NCBI RefSeq assembly: GCF_964194155.1
Contig: NC_135908.1
Location: 10,788,001 to 10,852,000 of the forward strand
Direction: 5' to 3'
Source of the DNA: Cetorhinus maximus
Taxonomy: Eukaryota
DNA length: 64,000 nt
Shown here: one piece after another, positions 35,160-48,099 of the stretch
Numbering within the stretch: the first letter of the stretch is position 1
Layout of the letters: the number at the start of each line of letters is the position of its first letter
The notes under the pieces: model-generated
Seen by the model: only the letters and a program-made list of their open reading frames with translations
Told to the model about the DNA's origin: nothing
The model's database searches: none
Position numbers and translations under genes: made by a program

Positions 35160-35497
35160 AGCCACCTGCACTGAAACACTTTAAGGATGCTCTCAAAACA
35201 TCCTTGAAGAGGTCAAACATCTTCACTGACTTCTGTTGACTGACCAAAAATGGGAGAAGGTTCATTCAGGAAGGCACCAAACACAGGCTTGTTTGGGAAC
35301 ATACAGAGGCGAAGTCAAGGTGGCAGAGAGAATGCAAAAGCCTCCAAACAACTCACTTAACTGACCCTCTAAGCAACATCTGCCCCACAAGTGGCAGAGT
35401 CTGCAGATCACACATTGGACTTATCAGCTATTGCAGAACCCATCAAACTGGAGTGGAAGCAATTTATCCCCAAGCCTGAGGGACTGCCTAAGAAGAC
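35160..35497 (+). mobile_element. RTE-type LINE 3' fragment
   Basis: KHFKDALKTSLKR...CPTSGRVCRSHIGLIS remnant and tail gagggactgcctaagaaga. Confidence 0.6.
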
Positions 35498-36044
35498 ACG
35501 TAAGGTACAGTATTTCAATTTGTACATTGGTTTTTCTGGGCGAGAAAAGCCCTCTGATTTAAAGGTTGTAAAACCTATCAATTCTCATTCACTGCTCTGG
35601 TTTGGTGGGGGACAGGAGAAGAGCTGAGATTCAGAACAGAAAAATCAACAGCTACTAAATAGACCCAGCCCCTCAAATCAACATCGCAGACAGTATCAAG
35701 TTGGGATCAATTTGCACTTTTGAAAAGGAAGAATCATAAAAAGATTAATAGGCCTGGAGTAGGAACTAAATGTGTGATTGATAGATGTGAGTTTGTGATG
35801 GTGTGTTAACACTTCAAATTTCTTGTTCTGGACTTCTGTCTAAGATCTGAAACACTTGATATTATTGCAACGTGATCATGATAAAGGGAACTAAACTGGT
35901 GAGCTGTGTAAAAATTTAGTATTTGGAACTAATGCTTTGTTGTTGTCACTGGTGTTAGGCTTAGAGAATACTATAACCTTCCTCGGGTTCAATCAGGCTT
36001 GCCCAGTAACAGAACCATAACACAACCAGGCACAGTATGAAATA

Positions 36045-36050
36045 TTTATT
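36045..36050 (-). terminator. Candidate FAN1 polyadenylation signal
   Basis: TTTATT on + (AATAAA on -) about 515 nt past the stop; alternatives at 36183-36188 and 36274-36279. Confidence 0.4.
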
Positions 36051-36564
36051 GTAGTTTCTATATGAGGACATCTCCAGAGCTCCTTTGTACAAGTATGAAG
36101 GTGCTGAAAATACTCAGCAGGTGTGGCAGTCTGTTAATGTTTTACCGTTATCAATATCATTTTTCAGCTTCCTGATACTTTTTTTATTTTAAAAAGTTTC
36201 ACAAAAGTGCTGTAAATACTCAAGTCTGAAAGAAAGTTACCGTTTCAAGTCGAATATTATGCTTTGAAATGTTTTTATTTCCAGCATCCGCAATATTTTG
36301 CTTTGATAGTTTTTCCTAGGCAGCTTGGCAGCAGGAGCGTGAGTCAGTGAAAGAGCTCCCTGGGCTATTTCAGAGCATTGTACATGGCATCAATAGTGGA
36401 TGGCTGATACTGGCTTTCTTCCAAGACCTCATCTAAGTTGCTATCTCCAGCAGGAGCCTTATTAACCTGGCCATGCCCATCCCATCCTGCAGGATGAGCA
36501 GGAATATGATCCTCCCTGACCCTGACCTGGAGGAGCGGTAGGAGGTCAAGCTGTCCTCTCACTG

Positions 36565-36705
36565 TCATGAGCTTAGTTGGTGACTCCGTGCTCCAATCGC
36601 ACTGACATGGCAAACTTCGACATCAGCCCCAAGTCTCCGCAGCTGGTCCAGCCACACCATCTGCTTGTGGGAGAGTTGGTCAGTTGGACCTTTCACTTCT
36701 GCGAG
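36565..36705 (-). CDS. FAN1: FAN1 last coding exon (catalytic EVK)
   Basis: [46 protein letters not shown]. Confidence 0.94.
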   Translation of the reverse strand, partial: LAEVKGPTDQLSHKQMVWLDQLRRLGADVEVCHVSAIGARSHQLSS

Positions 36706-39700
36706 CTGGAAACCAAAGAGAAAAATGACAGGTGAAGAGTCTTTAAAGTGAAGCAGTCACTTCAGGTGTGACAGGATATTCAGGTAATGCAACATGTAAA
36801 GATGTATGACACACACACTGTCCTGGAGGCCAGTTCCATGGGCACAGCTACCCCAGTGTGCTCTCACTGGATAAGTGTGTTAGGGAGGATGAAAGACCTC
36901 ATAATACTGAGAAAGGAGCAGAAACCTAATTCTCCTCAGATTTCTCCTAACACGAAGGGCTGAGAAGCATTGGCTTCCACACTCTGGTTGAAATTCCAGG
37001 TTGTTCTTGCTCAAATGCAAATTAACACGAGAAAAACAAACAGGCAATAGTGGATCAGTCTTGATTCACAGAGGTTTCAGGCTAGTGAAACACCAGTCAG
37101 TCACTCACCTTGTACTGGAGGCTGTGGCTGTTCCACACAACAAGATCAGGGAGGCCTCCACGGCAGTGCCTCAGGTTTTTGGCCAGAATGCTACAAATGC
37201 CACTCAGGAACAGACCACCCAGACAGCTCACTAGACTCTGAAAACATTCCACAAACATGTCAATTCAGGACCAAAAGGGGACAACTTCATTCTAAATCAG
37301 GCAGTCCAATCACAGAAAGCTTACGGCACAGAAAGAGGCCACCTGGCCCATTGTGTCTGTGCTGGCCAAAAAACGAGCCACCCAGCCTAATCCCACTTTC
37401 CAGCATTTGGTCCGTGGCCCTGCGGGTTATGGCACCTGAGGTGCATATCCAGACACCGTCCTTTCACTGAGATTACAACAGAGTATAGTGGGTGGGAAAA
37501 TTTTAATCCTGTGTCACTGTAAACACTGGGGTACAGTATTGGTGGGGACAAGTAACTCACTGGGGTAGAAGCTGTATACCTGGGCTTGCTGAAGAGAGCT
37601 GAAGATCTCCCAGTTGATTAATGTGGCAGTTGTGTTTCTGTGATTGTTCCATACATCAGCGATCAGACTGTGGAGAGTTTCTATGGGTGCATCTTGCAGG
37701 AACTCCACCCTTGACTCAATGGGCTCCCTCCGGTGCTGATAGAAACAGTCAGTGTAGAGATCTAGAGGACAAGCCTAGACACACACAATCATTACCTTCG
37801 TACTCATCACAGTAACATAGCAATTGCCAGATGATAGAAGACTAGCTCTGTCTAGTTTGTCTTTTACCATTCTGCTGGTCGTATGGTACAATAATGGAGT
37901 TATTGACTAACCACAGTGATCAGTCTCTATCAATGAGTTTACAAGCCAGACATGAGGTGAGGAAAACCCCTAGTGGTGGAGAGCTTTGGGAACCAGAGAT
38001 TCAAAGTCACCTGTTCCTCCAGAGTCAGATACGTTCAGGATACGTCATGTCTCAAGTTACTCTGATACTGCAACCAAAATAGAATTATCGAGGGGAAATC
38101 TGATAGAGCTGTACAAGATTGACAGGTTTAAATGAGGTAGGCAGAAAAATAAGCTGTTCCTATTAATTAACTTATTGCACAAGGACCAGGGGACACTGAT
38201 TTAAAGTTTTAGGCAAAAGATACGAAGGAATGTGATGAAGAACTATTTTATGCAGCAAATGGTAATGACCTGGAACACACTGCCGCCGAGAGCGGTGAAA
38301 GTGGAGACGATCAAGGATTTCAAAAGGAAATTGGATGCAGTTGGCGCTTAAACTTGCAGGACTACAGAAGAGTGGGAGAATAGGACTGATTGCAATGCTC
38401 TCCAGAGCCGAATTGGCTCCTTCTGTGCCATAATGACTGACTCATTTGCAGCAGCATGAACTGACACTATTTAACAGCTTCCACTAGCCTCTGACAGAGG
38501 GAAGCACCTCTAACAACATGACGTTTTAGCTAAATACCTGATAGGGATTTCGAAAAACATCTGGGATTCCAGACAGAAAGATGATGTCCCAGAAGAGAAG
38601 TCCAAATAGCGTTAAGAATATGGCTCCTTCACCGTGTATTCCTGTAACAGACAGGGCAATAGATCACCACACAGTCCTTGTTCCTCAGCACCAAAAAGCA
38701 AGCAGATTTGGTGCAGTGGTTAATTACCCTGATCGAAGCCTTGCTGCCGATAGTGGGCCAGAGAAACCTCCTCCACCGAACAGATCACCGTAGAACAAGG
38801 CTCCCCCTGGCCCAGATTTGGCACTTCTCTGGTGTTCTCCATCAGAAACAAGGAGTTGCCCATCCCTGGGCACGTTCTGCCCTTTATCATCACCTAGAAA
38901 GGAAATTACAATCTAAGTTTCTAAATACTTCAGCTAGGACTCTCTCTCAGGGCATTACCATCCTGAAATAATTTGAAGGGTTAAGTAAGAGTCCCCTGGG
39001 CCAGGAAAGCAATGGTTGGTCTGGAATTCCAGGTCCGATCCTGGCCATGGAAACTCTTTCGAGTTATCAACAGTCACAGATTGCAACTCTTTCGAGTACA
39101 ATCACAGTTCTTGGTTTCCAGGAGTGGGACATGAACCCACAACCCTCTGATTCAAAGGCGAGGGTGCTATGAACTGAGCCACAATTAGCCCCAATCTCAA
39201 TGAACCGGAGAAAGGAAACAATCAGCCATAGTTCCAGCTGCAGGTGAGGAAGGTTCCTGTGAACAGATTGCACACGTCAGGTGTCCAAGTGACTGGCATT
39301 CTTTGTCACATATCTGCATCAGCACCTTCAGGAGTGAAGCTGGGTAAACGGGGGCCAATCCTCTTCCAGGGTAGGGAGAGGAGGGGGATCTGCTGGTCTA
39401 CCCATGCATTGAAATAGCAGCCGCTATGGTCCCTGACAATCAAGGGTGAATGTTTGTCACTGTTTTGCACAGACCCAGTCAGGCCTATGCTCTCAAAGTT
39501 ATGGGAATAACACAGTCAAAAAGAGTGTTAAACAAAAAATCATCCAAATTAGACTAAGAGAAAGAAAGAATGCGATGTCTAGCATTGGGTAAATTATTAT
39601 TGACCATGGGCCCCTGAGCTCCTGCCCTCACATGTGACACATCTTCCACTCTCATCACTGGCAGGTCCTGAAGAAGGTGATGCCATTTCTTGCAGCTCGG

Positions 39701-42700
39701 GGAATCATGTATCCGCATAGCCCGCTGGTATAGAGCCAGCCGATGTCCTGTGTGAACCCATACATCGTCCAAACCTTTCCGCAAACACTGGACTGCCTGG
39801 AATCCAAAATCACATGAACAGGAATCCATTCCAACAGAGTAATCCGAGGAGACAGTGAACAGAGTATGAATCAACTTCCACTGCCTGTTAAACCTTGAAC
39901 ATTCCTCAACCAGCTTACCTAATCTAGTTAATGATCAAACCTGGTTATTAAACAGCAAAATCTACCAGAATCAGAGTACTGGGTTCAATCCCCCCCCCTC
40001 TTGCCATTGCCTGTGAATGATCAATCAGAACTTGAACCTGCCCCCATCACACCAATGCAATGATGTGAAACATCAGAGGTTTTAGACAGCAACCACCCTG
40101 ACCCCTGCCCGCACTCTGTTACCTGTTCAGTCTGTTTCAAATGCTGATGGAGATTCAGACTCAATCGGTTCCACCAGCGCCCGCGGCTCGCTGGACAATA
40201 GATGCTTTGTTCCAAAAGACTTTTCAATTCTTCCACTGCCTCCTAAGAATGAGATTCAAAGACAGGGTTTAACATTCTGATACCAACAGCTTCAATCATC
40301 ACATCGAAAAATACGCTTAACTAAACAACCTGTGCAACTGCCCCCAGTCCCTGAACAGAATCCCCCTAGGCCCATACTGGCTCACCAGATCACTATACCC
40401 TGTACAAGATCACCAATTCCCCCACTGGATTGTCAAATCACTGTATTAGATCATGCTATTTCCCTATTGGGTGACTGTATCCTGTACTAGACTCCCAGTA
40501 CCAAATTATTGGATCCTTAAGCCCTGCACTAGGTCCCCATGCCAGTAACTGGATCAACACACCCTGCATTGAATCACTGGATCCCTGCACTGTACCACCA
40601 GATTACTATAACATATACAAGATCACTGAGATCCCCACTGGATCCCCAGCACTGAATTGCTGGATTATTTTACATTTTTACCTCGTACATGCGCAGTCGC
40701 TGTAAAATTTCAACCCCGCGGAATCGGATCCTTGTGTAGACCCAATCCGCAGTGAAACATCGCAGATATACCGGGAGCTCCTGATGGAACCTAAAAATTA
40801 ACCAACATTCATCAATTGCTGTAAGATGAAAAAACACTTGTCAGATATTGAATGTTTACAGTGTGCCTGTGCGAAACCAGGGATCAGACTTTGTCCTCAT
40901 GGCCCCTGGCTCAAACCTATCTGTCTGTTAGCTGTTACAGCACCTTGGCCAATTTCAACCAGGCACTGTGGGACCTAGATCCACAGCACAAAAAAGTACA
41001 GGAGCGACAGTGAACATATTACACTCTCGGGCAGTAGGCAGGAACATTGAGGGAGCTTCACTCTATCTAAGGTAGCAGGGCAGATAGATAAGGTGGTTAA
41101 GAAGGCATATGGGATACTTGCCTTTATTAGCCAAGGCACAGAATACAAGAGCAGGGACTGGAACTGTATAAAACGCTGGTTATGCCACAATTGGAGGACT
41201 GCGTGCAGTTCTGGTCACCACACTACAGGAAGGATGTGATTGCACTGTAGAGGGTGCAGAGTGATTTACCAGAATGCTGCCTGGGCTGGAGGGTCTGAAC
41301 TATGAGGAAAGATTGGATAGGCTGCGGTTGTTTTCCCTGGAGCAACGATGGTTGAGAGGGGACCTGACAGAGGTGTATAAGATTATGAGAGGCATAGATA
41401 GGGTGGATAGGAAGGCACTTTTTCCATTCGTAGAGGGGTCAATAACCAGTGGGCATAGATTTAAGGTAAGAGGCAGAAGCCTAAGAGGGGAGTTGAGGAG
41501 AAATTTTTTCACCCAGAGAGGTAGAAGTCTGGAACTCATTGCCTGAAAGGATGGTTGAGTCAGAAACTCTTGCAACATTTAAGTATTTAGATATTCACTT
41601 GCATTGCCATAGCCTCCAGGGCTATGGGCCAAGCGCTGGAAAATGGGGTGAGTGTAGTCAGACCTTTGTTAACCGGTGTGGAATGATGGGCCGAATGGCC
41701 TTCTTCTGTGCTGTAGACGTCTGAGTCTAATCCGAGGTGTACCTGCCCTGGAGCATTTGATGGAGAAGTGTAGGGGGAGCTTTACTGTGTATCTAACCCC
41801 ATGCTATACCTGTCCTGGGAGCACTTGATGGGACTTATCCAAACCTCTGCTGCTTGCAAAGGATTATGAGTCCGGTTCTCCTTTCCTGTATCCTTGCCAA
41901 CCTGCACAATGAATTCTTATTAACCATGGCCTCAGCACTAACCTACCTACCCTCTGCAACGCCCCCCTATTCTCTCACACCCACAACTATTCCAGATATG
42001 GTCTCCCTTTTGTTCACTCCACTTTGAGATGCAAAACCTTCAGCTGTTTTGTCCCAACATTCAGGAACTCTCTCCCTATTTCCAAAAAGCTCAGCCCAGT
42101 TTTGCCATGCCAGTGATCATCTCTTTAATTCTTTTATCAGTGCTGTCTCTGTGAAACACTCCGGGGACGTTTATTACATTAGAGACTCCATGTAAATACA
42201 AGGTGCTATTCTTCAGGTCTGTTTTCCCACCTACTATCTGAGCTTCTCCAAGCAGACAGGAGTGGTGCTCCCCAGTTACCTGAAATGTCAGCTCTCACAC
42301 ACTGTCAACACACAAAGTTATGGAATTAACAATACACCTTATTACAAAGCTGCACAAGGCCCTTCAATAGATCATTATTTGCCCTGGGGCGGAGGGGTTG
42401 CAGTGCTATCAAGAGAGGGGTCATTATCTCCATTGAAGGCTGTTACCACCCGACTGGGAGCATCACAGCCCCCTCGTATGCTGTGCATTCCCTCTTATTA
42501 CCTGACATCATTGCTATTTTCCAGCTGGATCCACTTCTCTCTGGCAGTTTTATAAATCTGGAGAGCATCGCTCCAGGTCCCACGGGTCATCGCTGTTAAC
42601 ATCTCAGCCAGAGAATAAGTGGCCTCAACGTACCTGTCAAGGAAGTAACAGGTCATTGTATTAAATGGCAGAAATTCTTCTTCAGAACAACACTGGGAAG

Positions 42701-45700
42701 CTTCACCCATCCACCTACACATCCAACAATCTAACTGATATAGCCATCTATTATACATCATTTAACTGGCAGTACATTGATCTTGCCATTAATTCCCACC
42801 CTGGGCGAGGCAATTATCCTGTTAACTGGATAGATGCTATACTGTATGTATTTTATTGAATAGATCAGGGTGTGGCATCACCTGAGCAGGTCATCTCTGT
42901 GCCGGAATATTTTCTTCTCCCTCAGCACGGTGTAACTGGGGAATGTGACATGACCCATGTTGGTAATGACTACGGTGGACAGCTGACTCTGGCCAGCGGC
43001 TGCCGCCTCCTCTTCATCCGTCCACTCCGTCAGATTGAAGAGTAGCAGCACCCGTGAGAACACAGCTCGGGCTGGTGCAGCAACTCTCACACAATGTCCG
43101 ACCAGTTCCTTTGTCCTGACAACACATAACACGATTAAACAAAAAGCCATTGAACACAAACAGAATGACGTAGGGTTTACAGCACAGATACAGGACATGC
43201 AGCTGGTCTGATATTTATGCTCCACATCAGCCTCCTCCCCACTCTCTTCATCTAATCGTATCAGTGTATCCTTTAATTCCTTTCGCTCTCTTGTGCTTAT
43301 GTAGCTTTCCTTTAAATGTATTGATGCTATTTGCCTCAAAGAGCAAAGAAAGGCCATCAGGCCCATGCACTGATTTTCTCTATTAGTCACCATGCAAACA
43401 ACAACAGCCCTCCCCCCTCACACCCGACCACCAACCATCTCTGGGAGTGGAAATTGCACCTTCTTCTCGTGCCGGTTAGGAGCTGCACACTGTCCCAGTT
43501 CAGCCTCCACCCCCCACATCATCCTATTCCTCCCCAGATCAGAGGCCCTTCCCCGCTGCCTCGTCCCTCCATGGAGCAGGGCCCCCAGTATCCTCCTTCC
43601 TCTCCCATGGGCAGTGTGGGCTCTGCTCTGGTCTAACTGCAGCTGGTTGCAAAGCTTAAATGGTGCCTTTTGAAAGACCTGTTGAGGATGGCGAGGCCAG
43701 GACTCGACGGGTTCTGGTTACAGCTGAAGATTGATTGCTGCTTGGCCAAACGTAACAGGGACTTCAGAATCTCTGCCCTCTGACCCTGGGGTCGCAGGTG
43801 GAAGCTTTTAGCCAATAGTTTGAGCTCAGGAGCCGACAGCAGATCCAGGGCCTCGGAAACATCGCATAGGTCTGACCCTGGGAGGGTGAAAAGAACACTG
43901 TCAGTGTTTAAATGCGCAGGGTCCTGGGAGGGTGTGGGCTGGAAACGCTGGGTAACTGGCAATCGGCTGTGGGTAATGGGTCTTGAGGAGGGGACTGTCA
44001 GTCCACTTCTCCTTGCCCCTCCATCCTGAGTCTACTCCAGATGTGTCTCAGGGAGTGACATCATGTGCCTCAGGTACATCTAGTTCAGGTACCGGAGAAA
44101 AACAAAAGGCCCTGGGGGAGAGGGGTAATAACAGAGATAAAATAAAGGAACAGACAGAGTCTAAAGTGATTTGCAAAAGAAGCAAATGTGACGTGAGAAA
44201 AAACTTTTTCACACAGCGAGTGGTTCGGGTCTGGAATGCACTGCCTGGAAGTATGGCGGAGGCAGGTTCAATCGAGGCATTCAAGAGGGCATTAGATGAT
44301 TATTTGAATAGAAACAATGTGTAGGGGTATAGGAAAAAGGCAGGGCAATGGCACTAGGTCACAATGCTCATTTGGAGAGCTGGTGCAGCAGACATGATGG
44401 GCCGTATGGCATCCTTCTGTGCCATTAAAATTCTGAGTGTCACTGGGAGAAAGGTTACCAAAACCATCTTTTAAACTAAGCTTTTGAGAAGGTTCTTACA
44501 GGTGAAGGGAAAAGGGGATTGGTTTGGGGAGAGAGTTCCAGAGAGTGCAGTCAAGGTGGCTGAAGATGCTGCCCTAAGGGAGCGGTGGGGTGGGCTTCAA
44601 AATAGGCTTGAGTTGAAGGTTCAAACAGTCCTTCAGCAGGTGCAAAGGCCATGGGGAGAGCTGGAGATTAAGATGATTTGGCATTTAGTAATGCAGCTTT
44701 CTTCAATGTTCTGATTAAAACCTGCCCTTGGATCCCATACCTGTCTGTAACAAGCCTGCGAGCCTCAGCTCCTCAATGCTGGGGGTCAGGTCCAGACCAA
44801 TCTCAGGATAATTCAGTTTTGTTATTTTCAGCCAATTCAGCTTCCGTTGAAAGAGTCGCACATAGAGCTTCTGGCCAGCAACTGTGGATGAGATGGAGCA
44901 CCCAGTAAGTACAGCAACAGCATCAGACCCAAACAGCAGGATAAATTGAGATGGTTGTTAAAAACACACACGGGAGTCTTGGTTTTATGCCTTTATTACC
45001 TCCAGACTCAACTATTCTAAATCTGATCTCCCACGTTGTATCATCTGTAAACTTGTAAGTCATCCAAAACTCTGCTGCCCATGTCTTAAATCACAACAAG
45101 TCCCGTTCACCCATCACCCCTGGGCTCCTTGACCTGCATTGGTTCGCGGTAAAGTAACATCTTAATTTTAAAATTCTCATTTTTGTTTTCAAATCCCTCC
45201 TTATCTCTAATTTCTTCCAGTCTCGCAACCCTCTGAGATATCTGCGTTCCTGTAATTTTGACATCTTATGCATTTCCAATCACAATTGTTCCACCATTGG
45301 CGACCGTGCCTTCAGTTGCCTGGGCCCCAAGCTCTGGAATTCCCTCCCTACACTTTTCCGTTTCTCTACTTCAATTTCCTACTTTAAGACACTCCTTAAA
45401 ATTTACATTTTTGACCAAGCTTTTGATCATCTGACCTAATATTTCATTATGTGGCCTGTGTCATACTGTTTTATAATGAAGCAGCTTTAGATGTTTCATT
45501 ACATTAAAGGTGCTATATAAATACAAGTTGTTATTAGAGTACAGTGAACCTTGATAAAATACTGCTTAGACCTCAGCTGCGGTAATGCGTCCATTTCTGG
45601 ACACCATACTTTAGAATGTCATGGCCTTGGAGAGGATGCAGAGGAAATTTACTAGAGTGATAGCAGGGATGAGGCACTTCAGTAATGTGGAGAAATGAGA

Positions 45701-48094
45701 AAAGCTATGGTTGTTATCCTTACAGCACAGGTTAAGGGAAGATTTCGTAGAGGTGTTCAAACTGAGGGATTTTGAGAGCAAATAAGGATAAACTATTTCT
45801 AGTGGCAGGAAGGTCAGGAATCAGAGTACGCGGATTTAAGGTGAATGACCTGGATAGCTGAGGAGATTTGTTTAATGCACTGAGTTATTATGATTGGAAT
45901 GTGATGTCTGAAGGGCAACACAAGCAGATTCAATCAACATTCGAAAGAGAATTTGAAAACACCTGAAAAATTGTAGAACTATGGGGAAAGAGCAGTGAAG
46001 TAGGACAAAATAGCTCTGCCGAAAAGGTGGCACAAGCTCGACAGGCCAAACGATCTTCTTTTCCCTTGAGATTTTCAGAACTAGATCTGAGATAAAGCCA
46101 ACTGAAGTCAGAGTTCAGCAACCTGTGGCTCTGGAGCCACAGTGGCTCATTGAGGCCTTGTTTGGCTCCCAACTTTTGATTGATCAAACCCATTTTGATG
46201 GTAATTAAATGGCTTGTCTCTTTGTTTTTTAAACTTTATTAACATTGTACTTCTGAGAAAGTATCATTTAATGAACCTTTTTGTAAAAAACCTTAAAAAC
46301 GCTGAAATGATTGTCTTGTTTCTCATTAGTATCGGCATTTGAGTAACAGCAATGTGGGGACTGCATTTTTGACTACATTTAAATTTGAAAATTTAAAAGT
46401 GGCTCTTACGAATTAAAAACAAAATATGCTAACATACAAGTTCAGCAGATAATAGGGAAGGCAAATGGAATGTTGGCCTTTATTTCAAAGGGAATGGAGT
46501 ATAAAATTAGGGAAGTCTTGCTAAAACTGTACAAGACACTAGCTAGACCATACCTAAGGTACTGTGAACAGCTTTGGTCCCCTTATGGAAAGATATACTG
46601 GCATTAGAGGCTATCTAGAGAAGCTTCACTGGCTTGATCTCGAGTATGGAGGGATTTTCTTATGAGCAGAGATTGAGTAGGTTGGGCCTGTACTCATTGG
46701 GGCTTAGAAGAATGAGAGGCGACCTTATTGAAACATAAGATTCTTAGGGGGCTTGACAGGGTGGATGCTGAGAGGTTGTTCCCCCTTGTAGGAGAGCCTA
46801 GGACCAGAGGGCATAATCTCAGAGTAAGGGGGCGCCCATTTAAAACAAAGACGAGGAGGAATTTCTTCTCTAAAGGGCAGTGAATCTGTGGAATTCTTTA
46901 TCGCAGAGGGCTGTAGAGACTGGGTCGTTAAGTATATTCAAGGCTGAGATAGACAGATTTTTAATCAGTAAGGGAATCAATCAAGAGTTATGGAGAAAAG
47001 GCAGGAAAGTGGAATTGAGCATGATCTGATCAGATCAGCCATGATCTCATTGAATGGCAGAGCAGACTCGATGGGTCGAATGGCCTACTTCTGCTCCTGC
47101 ATGTTATGGTCTACTATGGATATTGGAGATCTGGAAAGTTAAATTGGATTCAAACCGTTAACCTGTTTTTTTTTTCTCTCTGTCCACAGATGCTGCCAGA
47201 CCCGCTGAATTTTTACAGCACCTTGTTTGTATTGTCTGTGCCATGAGGGTTTTGTCGACCCCTTGTACTAATAATGGCTGTTCTACCACACAGCCATTCA
47301 ACAGTAAGAGTCACCAACACAAAACACCATGTTTTGATTGATCAGAAGTACAGGGACGCAAATAAATCCAGGCAAATCTGCCTGTATTTCAGTCGAACAA
47401 GTCTTCACCCCCACTGACCATGAGTGTCACCCAGAATATTTAACCATGGAATGGATCCCAGAGCCTGATCCGGTTCTCACTCAATGTCCATGGGTCAGCC
47501 CCTGCTCTGCGGTACTGAGGCCAACTGCAGCACCCGAGCTGGATTCATTCAGGTCAGTGCGGCTTCAGGCCACTCGCTGCTCCATTCACCTGAGAGTTTC
47601 TGGAATGTTCGCAGCCAGTGCTGGTCCTCCTCATTGAAAAGTTCTTTATCTTCACTCCCCAGAACTGCCTCCAGCACCATCAGGAAATTGCTCAGGTAAT
47701 AGGGGAGCGGGAAACGGTCCTCACCTTCTGCCTGTTCCGGCGCCTCATCTCCCCGGCCTGAAGCCTCAGCGGGGGCCGCCGCTCCAGCCCCACTGAGGCA
47801 ACCCGCCTCCGGGCCCGGCTCTAACTCCGAGGCCGGGGCAGGGGCCGCGGGCGCTTTCCGATATCGCCTCGAGAGCTTGGACCACCGGCGGCTCCCGCTC
47901 CCCTCGCCCTCCTGCCCCGATTTCTCCTCAGCCCCTGAGCCACTGTTGCCCGTGGGGAGAGCGGCCTCTGGTTCTGCCGCTGTCTCCGGCAGGCCGCGGT
48001 CTGAGGCTTGAGGACCGCCCCCGGCTGAGGCGTTGCTTCTTCGAGCTCGGAGAGAAAGGCCAGAGCGCGGCCTCTTCTTGACCGGTGAAAACAT
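36565..48094 (-). CDS. FAN1: FANCD2/FANCI-associated nuclease 1 (VRR-NUC, PD-(D/E)XK), about 779 aa
   Basis: 13 exons (minus): 48094-47590, 44881-44741, 43877-43679, 43115-42882, 42633-42502, 40790-40682, 40242-40123, 39796-39632, 38893-38728, 38641-38538, 37774-37580, 37237-37109, 36705-36565; total 2340 nt, GT-AG and in phase. Motifs [24 protein letters not shown] (SAP), SRGRWW, GIHGEG, GGLPDL...EVKGP are present. Confidence 0.95.
37109..37237 (-). CDS. FAN1: FAN1 coding exon 12 (catalytic PD)
   Basis: [43 protein letters not shown]. Confidence 0.94.
37580..37774 (-). CDS. FAN1: FAN1 coding exon 11
   Basis: [30 protein letters not shown]...[12 protein letters not shown]. Confidence 0.92.
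38085..38440 (+). mobile_element. CR1 3' fragment
   Basis: atctgatagagctgtacaagat...acctggaacacactgcc. Confidence 0.65.
38538..38641 (-). CDS. FAN1: FAN1 coding exon 10
   Basis: [35 protein letters not shown]. Confidence 0.93.
38728..38893 (-). CDS. FAN1: FAN1 coding exon 9
   Basis: [19 protein letters not shown]...[19 protein letters not shown]. Confidence 0.92.
39632..39796 (-). CDS. FAN1: FAN1 coding exon 8
   Basis: [55 protein letters not shown]. Confidence 0.92.
40123..40242 (-). CDS. FAN1: FAN1 coding exon 7
   Basis: [40 protein letters not shown]. Confidence 0.93.
40340..40665 (+). repeat. Degenerate old tandem repeat
   Basis: Recurring gatcac...ccctg(t/c)ac...tggat motifs. Confidence 0.5.
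40682..40790 (-). CDS. FAN1: FAN1 coding exon 6
   Basis: [36 protein letters not shown]. Confidence 0.92.
41070..41725 (+). mobile_element. CR1 LINE 3' fragment
   Basis: [40 protein letters not shown]. Confidence 0.9.
42502..42633 (-). CDS. FAN1: FAN1 coding exon 5
   Basis: [44 protein letters not shown]. Confidence 0.9.
42882..43115 (-). CDS. FAN1: FAN1 coding exon 4
   Basis: [26 protein letters not shown]...[10 protein letters not shown]. Confidence 0.93.
43679..43877 (-). CDS. FAN1: FAN1 coding exon 3 (SAP domain)
   Basis: [27 protein letters not shown]...GLAILNR; AG/GT boundaries. Confidence 0.92.
44155..44435 (+). mobile_element. CR1 3' end
   Basis: [19 protein letters not shown]...FKRALDDYL plus 3' UTR. 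Confidence 0.8.
44741..44881 (-). CDS. FAN1: FAN1 coding exon 2
   Basis: ccacag|...G|gtatgg; [46 protein letters not shown]. Confidence 0.93.
44990..45535 (+). mobile_element. L2 LINE 3' fragment
   Basis: [29 protein letters not shown]; tail aaggtgctatataaatacaagttg. Confidence 0.75.
45540..46070 (+). mobile_element. Old CR1 3' fragment
   Basis: ttagacctcagctg...ttctggacaccatac...gaggatgcagagg. Confidence 0.65.
46430..47112 (+). mobile_element. CR1 3' fragment
   Basis: gggaaggcaaatggaatgttggcc...gaatgagaggcgaccttattgaaac; tail gaatggcctacttctgctcct. Confidence 0.88.
47590..48094 (-). CDS. FAN1: FAN1 coding exon 1 (basic NLS-like start, no UBZ finger)
   Basis: ATG at 48094, [15 protein letters not shown]...[15 protein letters not shown]...FQKLS G|gtgaat; in-frame TGA upstream at 48122-48124. 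Confidence 0.88.
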
Positions 48095-48099
48095 GCCGG

